From Octopus vulgaris (taxonomy: Eukaryota), in assembly GCA_951406725.2 (NCBI GenBank), contig OX597832.1, positions 24,490,001-24,554,000 of the forward strand: a DNA stretch of 64,000 bases. Direction: 5' to 3'. A model generated the notes under the pieces. The model did not search any database. It had not been told where the DNA came from and saw nothing but the letters and a program-made list of their open reading frames with translations. Of the stretch, positions 54,226 to 64,000 are shown in pieces. The position numbers were made by a program, and so were the translations under genes. The stretch's first letter is position 1, and every line of letters begins with the position of its first letter.

Positions 54226-54303
<78 letters not shown>

Positions 54304-54317
54304 TTACCATCTCTTAC

Positions 54318-54382
54318 CTCCGCCTAGAAATGCTGCACCGAATGCTAGTTGCACCAGAAATCTTGGGAAGGAAAGAAGTCAT
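54318..54382 (-). pseudogene. Duplicate of the frameshifted minus-strand exon 1
   Basis: Same 14-nt deletion as 35851-35915; ~390 bp of upstream region also deleted. Confidence 0.8.
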
Positions 54383-54606
54383 TCTCGTTCAGAAATATAG
54401 ACTCGTTGACAACGTGAGGTTATGATATGCTTTCAAAGAGTTTATGAACAACATTGGCTGAGACTTCATATATATATATGATTGCACGTAACTTAGTGGT
54501 TATATATACTTATTGTTATGAAAATATATTTGTTGAGTATGGTACTTAAGGTAAAGGCACCAGAATTTAGTATGGTATTATCCATATAATTCAAAATGGG
54601 GTGATT

Positions 54607-54773
54607 ATGATCAAAATAAACAACAAGGATATCCAGAGGTAATGCAGTACGATCGTTTCATGCAACTCCATTTAATTGAACAATGCAATGTAATATTTGC
54701 ATAGTTCAATTAAATGGAGTCGCATGAAACGAACGCACTGCATTACCTCTGGATATCCTTGTTCCTTATTTTG

Positions 54774-54778
<5 letters not shown>
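54607..54778. repeat. Foldback palindrome, centre inverted relative to 36512-36683
   Basis: 54682-54703 is the exact reverse complement of 36587-36608. Confidence 0.9.
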
Positions 54779-54820
<42 letters not shown>

Positions 54821-55414
54821 ATATATATATATATTTATATATATACATATATAATTATACATATGCACATACATATATATACATACAGAGAGAGGGAGAG
54901 GGATGCATAAAGGAGTACATATATATATAGTTATATATATGCATATACCTATAATTCAAGTGGTTATAACCGTTATTATTATTATGATTATTATTATTGT
55001 CTTTGTTTATCGCCGGGACTAGACGTGTCGCGTGTTCTCTGAGTTATTGAATTGTTTTCATTGTTATCACACCATTTGTATTTCCTCTGTTTTTGTACAC
55101 TGTGTTGTATCTTGAGCTTGACAATAAAGGTCTGGGCAAAGGTTATTGTTATCGGCCCTAAGGGATAAAATTTCGCGGAGAAAGATTTCTTTCCGAAATA
55201 CTGTTTACAAAATTCGTTATAGCGGAGAGTGGATGGTGGGCGGTAGTTTTGAAGGTAAAATAGTCTTTCGCTGTCAATCTCTTCCGGTTGACCTAACAAA
55301 CATGGATAGAGTTAGTAGCAGTAGAATCGACAGCAGCGGCAGTTGCAGCAACAGTATCAATAACAACTTCTCCAACACCAACAAAAACAAAAGGTAGTCA
55401 TGTGAAAACGTTTC

Positions 55415-55812
55415 GGATCTTTTCGGTTTGAACGGCAGTTTTTTTCTAGCGGTGTCATATGAAATTGTCACCCATAATTATGACCCTAGTATCGATCTAT
55501 TGCATTTCCAATCTGTTTTAGGATTAGGGTTAGAGTTAGGGGTGGGGGTAAGAGTATCTTTTTTCATCAGAAATGTAAATAAACCCAATCTGTTTCTTAA
55601 ACGAGGGACATATTCATACTGCACAGAATGTTTTCACCTCAATAGACGTCATTGATTGGTTGAAATTGCAGAAATTGAAGGAAAAAACCAACAAATATGT
55701 TACAAACTATAGAATTTAATCAATAAAGCCAAGAAAAAAAGATGTTTTATAAACACATTCTACCAGTTTACGAAGTTTAAAATTTTTTAGTTACGTGGAA
55801 ATTATTTAAAAA
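55415..55812. mobile_element. Merlin-like MITE copy (duplicate of 37338-37737)
   Basis: Colinear. Confidence 0.8.
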
Positions 55813-56149
55813 AACCACTGGGCCATTGCGCCTCCACTGTTGCTACTACTGTAAGAGCAGCTGTATTACCGTTGCAGCTGTAATTACCGTTGCTGCTACT
55901 ATTATTGCTTTTGTAAGTGTAGTGGTCATCTTCCCCCCTGTTGCTGTTGTGGTGGTGGTGTCGAGCAAAAACTGGGATCTCACTTCTCTCTCTTGTTGTA
56001 GGCAAAAGGTCTTCAAATGATCTGTGTCTCCACACAGGTGACACCTCAGTTTTCTACACTCAACGACCACTTAGAGGTTGGCGCAATCTGGCAAATATAT
56101 GAGATGCGAAATTACTTCTTGTCTTTTTAGGTCCCTCTGCTCGCACAAC

Positions 56150-57594
56150 TGAATGCCTTTCCCAAACCAGTTTGAAATTAAAGACAATATTTCGGAATTC
56201 TACAGAAAAAACTACGTCTCACAGAAGCACTAACTGACTACAACAACAGGATGAATCACTGGTGAAAAACGGAAGTAATTATCTTACATCTAAATGTGAC
56301 CGTATCCAAAATTACCCAAATTCTTTCCATAAGCGAAAAATTAATTAGAACCTCAACAATTTAGAATGGAAGAATCTAATTGATCTACAAAACGACAAAG
56401 TACTGACAATTAAAGAAGCAAACGAAGAAATTGCTGTGGTCCATCAGGATACAGAATACTACAAAAACCTAGTTTTATCCATGCCGGAAAACGATACCTT
56501 CTACAAAAAATGTATAAACTATAAACGACATAAAACAATGAAAAATCTTGCATCTTTAATTCTTCTACATGGAAAAAGTCTGACAGTAAAAGAAATAGAT
56601 TACTATTTAACAGCCAAAATGTTTTGTGTATCAAGAAGTACTGTCTCGAAAGTAATGACAACTTTTGAGAAAGAGGGAAAAGCCTCCTCGTCCAAACAAA
56701 ACTCCCGAAGAAAACCAAAACTTTCAGATAGGAACTCGAATTGTTAGGAAGGATCACAAAAGTACAGCTCCAAAAATTACTACAGAGCTTAATGACCTCT
56801 TCGAGAATCCAGTTTCCAAAAAAACTGTTCGTTGGGAGCTGCACAAAGCTGGATTCCACGGGAGGGCTGCAATCAGAAAACCACTACTTTCAAAAGCAAA
56901 CGCTGCAAAGCATTTAGGGTGAAGTAAAAACCAACGGAATTGGTCCCTAGAGCAGTGAGAGAATGTTAGTATCTCGGACGAGTCACTCTTTATCATATTT
57001 TCAACCACCGGCCGAGTATACGTGTGGAGACAGCCAAAAGAAACATTTAACCCAGACTGCCTTCTCCCAACTGTTAAACATGGAGGAGAATCTGTGATGA
57101 TCTGGGTGTGGTGGTGGGGCGCTATATCTTGGAAATCTGTCAACCCAACGGTTTCCCTTCATGGCAGAATTAATAGCCAATACTATTTAAGCATCTTATC
57201 TGATCAAACTCATCCTATTGTTGCGGAACACTATCCGGAGAGAAACGCAATCCACACAGCTAAAGTTGTTACTGAATGGCACGAGGGACATTCTAGTGGA
57301 GTTGAACATATTATCTGACCACCACAGTCCCCAGATCTCAATATTATTAAACATTTATGGTGCATTTAAGAAAAACAATTAAAGAGTCGATATTCTCTAC
57401 CATAATCACTACAAGAACAAGAGACTGTTTTATTTGAAGAATGGACAACAATTCCTTTGGAAACAATTCAAACGTTGTACGAGTCCATACCTCGCAGAAT
57501 TCAAGCTGTAATTACTGCCAAAGGTCCTATTCCAAATTATAATAAATTTGTTTGAAATTTTAAGGTGTTTCCATTATTTTGTCCATCACCTGTA
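56150..57594 (+). mobile_element. Duplicate Penelope fragment plus Tc1 transposase pseudogene
   Basis: Colinear with 38050-39511; ORFs 56436-56747 and 57022-57318. Confidence 0.9.
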
Positions 57595-57902
57595 TATATA
57601 TATATAAAACCGTTAAGTACCTGTTAGTTTCCAGTAAAACAGATGTTAGAATTACGTTCAGAAAAACGAGTAATTGGATAGTAGGCTATTTCATAAGTCA
57701 ATATATAATCATATCGATAGACTATTTATTTTAATATCCGATATACAGAAATAAACAGTGACAAAGAAAACCACACAAAAATACTAATATATTTTGATAA
57801 CAATAAATGTATATATACGCGATCTCGCCTATGTTGTTCATAAACTCTTTGAAAGCATATCATAACCTCTCGCTGTCAACGAGTCTATATTTCTGAACGA
57901 GA

Positions 57903-57981
57903 ATGACTTCTTTCCTTCCCAAGATCATCGTGTTTGCATTTCTGGTGCAACTAGCATTCGGTGCCATATCCATCGGTATAG
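57903..57981 (+). CDS. SVWC-like gene B, exon 1 (signal peptide)
   Basis: MTSFLPKIIVFAFLVQLAFGAISIGI+G|gtaag. Confidence 0.85.
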
Positions 57982-58014
57982 GTAAGAGACCAAAACATTG
58001 TTATTGTTATTATT

Positions 58015-59232
58015 ATTCAGTAGTCTTACTTTTATCACGTGCTTTCACTGTACTGCCGAGCGCAGCTCTCTGTGCTTTGGGTACGTACTATAATTTGTGG
58101 TGATACTCTAAATGTTATTGTATTGAAAGTGTGTTACGTACAATGTGTGCAGTGTGTAGTAGTGCTATTTTCTGTATGTTATATATATTTATTAGTCCTG
58201 GTGTTTTTGTTATGTATTTGTCTGAATACTTTTTAATCATACCTAATGCACCTATTATGATAGGAATTGTTTCTGTTTTTAGACTCCATATTTGAGTTAC
58301 CTCTATTTCCAGGTCTTTGTATTTTGGAAGTTTCTCAATTTCTTTTAGAGAAACGTTGTCACCTCTTGGTATTGATACAGCGATTAGCATATCCCAGAAT
58401 ATGGTTGCTTTCCCGTTTTCTGTGACCTTTTCTGGTGTGTGCCTATACCATCTTTTTACTGTTGTTATTCCATAATGTTGGCATAGCTTCCAGTGTATGT
58501 AGGTCCCAACTCTGTCGTATCTCTGAATATATTCCTTCTTAGCCAGGACTGGGCAGCTAGAGATAATATGATTTATTGTTTCCAGTCCATCTCCACATAT
58601 TCTGCAGTTATTTATTATGTTTCTTTTCATTATATGTTTTTGATAATTTCTGGTGGGGAGACTTTGGTCTTGTGCTGCAATTAAAAATCCTTCAGTCTCT
58701 GCTTTGAGTCCTGAGCTTCTCAACCATTGTTGGGATTTTGCTTTGTCTATTTCTGTTGCGTTTAGTTTAACCCAGTGTTTGCCATGAAGGGACTTTTCTG
58801 TCGTCGTTGTATCATGATCCGTTGCTGTTCCAGTTTTAGCTTAGATTTCAGTTGTTTTACAGCTTTTGTTGTTTCTTCTTTTTCTTCATAGTTGTTAGGT
58901 AGTATGACTTCTTTTTTGTATTTGTCAGCTTCCTTAAAGACTGACAGCAGTTTTTTTTTTCGTGTTTTGTGGTGATTTGTATCAGTTTTCCTTGCTTCTG
59001 ATGTTGGTATTTTGTAGTCCTATAGTGGTTATTTTGTAATCGTTTTCTAGCTGTATAAGGCCTCTACCACCTTCTATGCTTTGTATATATAACCTATGTC
59101 AGATTTTGGGTGGTGCATCCTAAATCCTGTCATAATTATTGTTGTTTTCCTGTCTATTTTGATTAGTTAATTTAGTGTCCAGTTAAGAATATTGTAGCTG
59201 TAAATTATAAATGGGACAGCTAGTGTATTAAT
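58015..59232 (-). mobile_element. 5'-truncated R4/Dong element in intron 1 of gene B
   Basis: ORF 58115-58723. Retains ~190 bp (58985-59175) that is deleted in copy A. Confidence 0.9.
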
Positions 59233-59365
59233 GAGGACATTCTGTATTACAATAATCTATACTGGATTACTATGTCGTCTGATAGCCGAATCCATTAAAA
59301 GAGCTTTCTGTGATAAACACACGTTACACAGTATACATACATACATACGTACATACATATGTATA

Positions 59366-59487
<122 letters not shown>

Positions 59488-60352
59488 TACACACAGACAC
59501 ACATACACACACTTAGGTATATACTATATGACGTTCTCGGTAATTCCCGCAAAAGCGGAGCTTATCCCTTGGTTCCTTTCTCATAATTGTTTAGCAAATC
59601 CAGTAACAACAATACAAAGTATGTAACACAACGGTTTTTGTGCATTTACAGAGAATACTGAACTGTCTTACACAGGATCTTGCTTTTAGGAATGCCCAAT
59701 AAGTTATGAATACCCAAATTGTGAAGTCAGTTAGTAAGAATTCAAATAAAGTAACATCAAATAGGGCTTTAATGTGTTCCCAGTGTATATCGAACTTAGG
59801 AGGAAATCCTAATAAAGTATGTATAATAAGATCGTGAAGCCTGTTACGTAACAATAGGCTAATCAGATATGAGATAATAAACATTCAAAGTAAATAACTC
59901 TGAAAATAATAGCTTTTGTGCGTTCGCAGAAAATATTATTCTCAGTGGCGCTAGTGTTGGTATATTCATGAATATGTCACTGACCGAAATAAGTGGATCT
60001 ATTTGTTTTGGAAAATACTATTTACTTCTTCAAGGGTTGTACTGGATAAATTGCGAAAATAAATAGTTCAAATACTAAGAAATAAGCATACTCAATTTGA
60101 TTTACACGAAATAATTTACGAACATGAATGGGTTATATCCCTTGGCTATATATAAGGATCCCTTTCAGGAGCGAATGGGTTATTTCCCATTGATGTTATT
60201 ATCGATTTTTCAACACTCTAAGTACGTCACTAGTTTTCCAGATATGAGTTCTACTCACGTGTCAGGAGTTAGATAACAACGCCACAAACAAACACACCCA
60301 CAGATTTCCAGATATGTAACAGATATTAATGATATTTATGTCTCTCTTCTAG

Positions 60353-60479
60353 GGTGCCCGGACAATGTTCCTTACGGTACGTATTATTATACAGCAGGAG
60401 TATGTGGGAGATGCCTGTGTCATGCACCCGGAAATATAACCTATTTGTCAGCTTCCCAACCAACAGTAATCTGTGTAAC
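60353..60479 (+). CDS. SVWC-like gene B, exon 2
   Basis: ctcttctag|GG TGC..; CPDNVPYGTYYYTAGVCGRCLCHAPGNITYLSASQPTVICV; AC|gtaagt. Confidence 0.88.
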
Positions 60480-61460
60480 GTAAGTAATACCGAAACTGTA
60501 CATATACAACAAGCTACCATGAGTACACATGCACCCCATCCTTTTCATACAACGAAGGAGCGTTTATAAAAGTAATGGGCAAACTGAGGCCCGCGGGACA
60601 TTCTGAATGGAGCACCATGCCAAGAATAACCTTGAGATCTCTACATGTTCGGCCTGCCTGATGATGATGACTCTCGAAAAGTTTGCCTAGATGTCAACGA
60701 TTTGCTACACATAGCAGCCAAATCTCCTGGAACGAAACCTTAAAATCTCATTGGATAATGTAGTTTCAAATATAAGAATAGACAGGATGGCCTCGTATGG
60801 AACGCCTTTGGCTATAGATTTTCTCCTCTCAGACTCACGCTGTCATTGCAGAGTCCTGCAGTATTTCTAAGCCCTACAAAGAACTCCTTGTAAACACGCG
60901 GTATCGTGAAAGCCCATAAATGCTTTCTTATCTTGCTAGAAATACTAAGTAAATCAGATTCACACCTCAACGAGCTAACCTATGAAAAGAACATATTTCT
61001 GTATTGTTAAATAGATTACCTCGCATCTCCCTGTTTCAAGGGTTCAATCCCACTGCATGGCACGTTTCGCAAGAATTCTCATCTGAACTCCCGACCTGAT
61101 CAATGCATTTTGAAAGGATGTTCTTCATGGAAACTGAATGGAATCCCTTTTTGTCGGCAGTAAATTTACCTATTTATTTATTTGCTGCCGATAAAAACTG
61201 CTCTCGCGCAGCGGATTTGAAAAATTATAATGCCTCGTGCTTACATGTTAAATGTAGGCGTACCTCCTGATGAAGACTTCGCCTAGCAAATTACTTTATT
61301 TTATAAAAAGTCTGAAACCATGGTTTAGAAGATAGATGGTAAATGTTTTTATTCTTTATATCCTTCGAAGTTCATCCCTAAAAGTGGATTGGATTTTTGC
61401 TGTTCCTTCTAGCGTGCAAGGAATCCTATGACGGATACTTCTTATGTGTTTAAATGTACA

Positions 61461-61515
<55 letters not shown>

Positions 61516-61590
61516 GTATATGTATGAGTGTATGTATGCATGTGTGTGTGCATGTGTGTGTTTGTGCGGGTTTGTGGGTGGGCGGTGTGT

Positions 61591-62668
61591 GGGCGGCGAG
61601 CTGGCAGAAACGTTAGTACGTCGGGCGAAATGCTTAGCGTCATTTCTTCTGCCGTTACGTTCTGAGTTCAAATTCCGCCGAAGTCGACTTTACCTTTCAT
61701 ACTTTCGAGGGTCGATAAATTAAGTATCAGTTGCGTACTGGGGTCAATGTAATCGATTGGCTCCCCCTCCCCAAAATAACAGGCCTTGTGCCTAGAGTAG
61801 AAAAGAATGTTTACAATCACGAGGTCGGCGAGCTGGCAGAAACGTTAGCACGGAGGGCGAAATGCTTTGCGGTATTTCGTCTGCCGCTACGTTCTGAGTT
61901 CAAATTCCGCGGAGGTCGACTTTTCCCTTGATCCTTTCGGGGTCGATTAAATAAGTACCAGTTACGCACTGAGGTCGATATAATCGACTTAATCCGTTTG
62001 TCTGTCCTTTTTTGTCCCCTCTACATTTAGCCCCTTGCGGGCAATAAAGAAATAAGAAACGTTAGCACGCCGGGCGAAATGCTTTGCGGTATTTCGTCTG
62101 CCGCTACGTTCTGAGTTGAAATTCCGCGGAGGTCGACTTTGCCCTTCATCTTTCGGGGTCGATTAAATAAGTACCAGTTACGCACTGAGGTCAATATAAT
62201 CGACTTAATCCGTTTGTCTGTCCTTTTTTGTCCCCTCTACATTTAGCCCCTTATGGGCAATAAAGAAATAAGGAACGTTAGCACGCCGGGCGAAATGCTT
62301 TGCGGTATTTCGTCTGCCGCTACGTTCTGAGTTGAAATTCCGCGGAGGTCGACTTTGCCCTTCATCTTTCGGGGTCGATTAAATAAGTACCAGTTACGCA
62401 CTGAGGTCGATATAATCGACTTAATCCGTTTGCCTGTCCTTTTTTTTGTCCTCTCTGTGTTTAGCTCCTTGTGGGCAGTAAAGAAATTGGTATTTCGTCT
62501 GATTTAAAGTTCTGAGTTCGAAATCCGTTGAGATCGACATTCATTTTTTCAGGGGCGATTAAATGAGTACCAGTTGCGCACTGCCGTCGACGTAAACGAC
62601 TTAATCCCTTTGTCTGTCCTTCTTTTTTCCCCTCTAAATTTAGTCCCTGTGGGCAATAAAAAAATAAG
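61591..62668 (+). mobile_element. Array of five SINE family C units in intron 2 of gene B
   Basis: Units start at ~61591, 61824, 62055, 62271 and 62488. Confidence 0.85.
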
Positions 62669-62789
62669 CAACAACAAATACATACGCTGTCACAGCATCT
62701 ATCTTCACGTGATTAAATTATGCCATATTTCTAACACAGCCAAATCGTTTCTTTCATTTCAATATTTCTTTCTTATTCCTTTACCATAG

Positions 62790-62889
62790 GTGCGGTGTAA
62801 TGAGTATAGCGAACTGTAGCGAACTGGTGCCAGTCAACCCTACTGCAAACTACCCGGCTTGTTGTGAAAAAATGTGTAAACCCGAATAA
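62790..62889 (+). CDS. SVWC-like gene B, exon 3 (terminal)
   Basis: Nucleotide-identical to 44331-44430. Confidence 0.9.
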
Positions 62890-63003
62890 ACACAGAACGG
62901 ATTTCTTTATTTCGTGGAAAAGATTTTAAAGTCTGACTTTAGATTCGTTATAATAAATTCTCTGCATGAATAAATTGAATTAATTACGATAATGATTTTA
63001 AAA

Positions 63004-63055
<52 letters not shown>

Positions 63056-63239
63056 TTGCGTTGCATCTTGATCGTGTTTATATGTGGACTTGTTTCTTTT
63101 AGTTTCAAAACATCCTCTTGTTTCAGACTGGTTTAGAAACCAGTCTGCAATGCTGGAATATGATACCAAATAACGATTCGAGTGTATGTGTGTGTATGAC
63201 CGTATATATGTCTGTACACACACACACACACACACACAT

Positions 63240-63779
<540 letters not shown>

Positions 63780-64000
63780 CATATACATATATACATATAC
63801 ATATATATATATATATATGTATATATATTTCTATACACACACACATAACACACACATATATATATATACATATACATATATATATATAGATCAAAACAGA
63901 TTGATTCATAGTCCTTGGTACCTCGTCTATTGGGGTCTGAATGAGAGTTTACCACTGAATGAATGTTTACCACTGGACGTCAGCTTGCGATTGGTCGAGG

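Overview
AT-rich, extremely microsatellite-dense eukaryotic DNA. The SINE, LINE and microsatellite content suggests a coleoid cephalopod such as Octopus (inference). Nearly all ORFs in the supplied track are translated microsatellites or transposon relics. Manual splicing reveals the only convincing host genes, absent from the track as complete ORFs: two intact 3-exon, 101-aa secreted 10-Cys peptides of SVWC / single-domain von Willebrand factor C type (39819-44430 and 57903-62889, + strand). They sit in a ~9.7 kb direct duplication with ~18.4 kb offset, alongside three pseudogenic paralog pieces. The two genes have identical signal peptides and identical exon 3, but exon 2 differs at 11 of 41 codons, almost all non-synonymously, a pattern typical of toxin or immune effectors. 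The rest of the window contains a ~33-copy 131-bp tandem array beside a 100-N gap, a ~1.5-1.8 kb inverted duplication, and R4/Dong retrotransposons repeatedly inserted in (AAT)n. It also holds a CR1-group LINE, Penelope-like relics and several hammerhead ribozyme motifs, Tc1/mariner relics, MITEs, Helitron-like elements, three abundant tRNA-derived SINE families and several foldback hairpins, one of which has its loop inverted between the duplicates.
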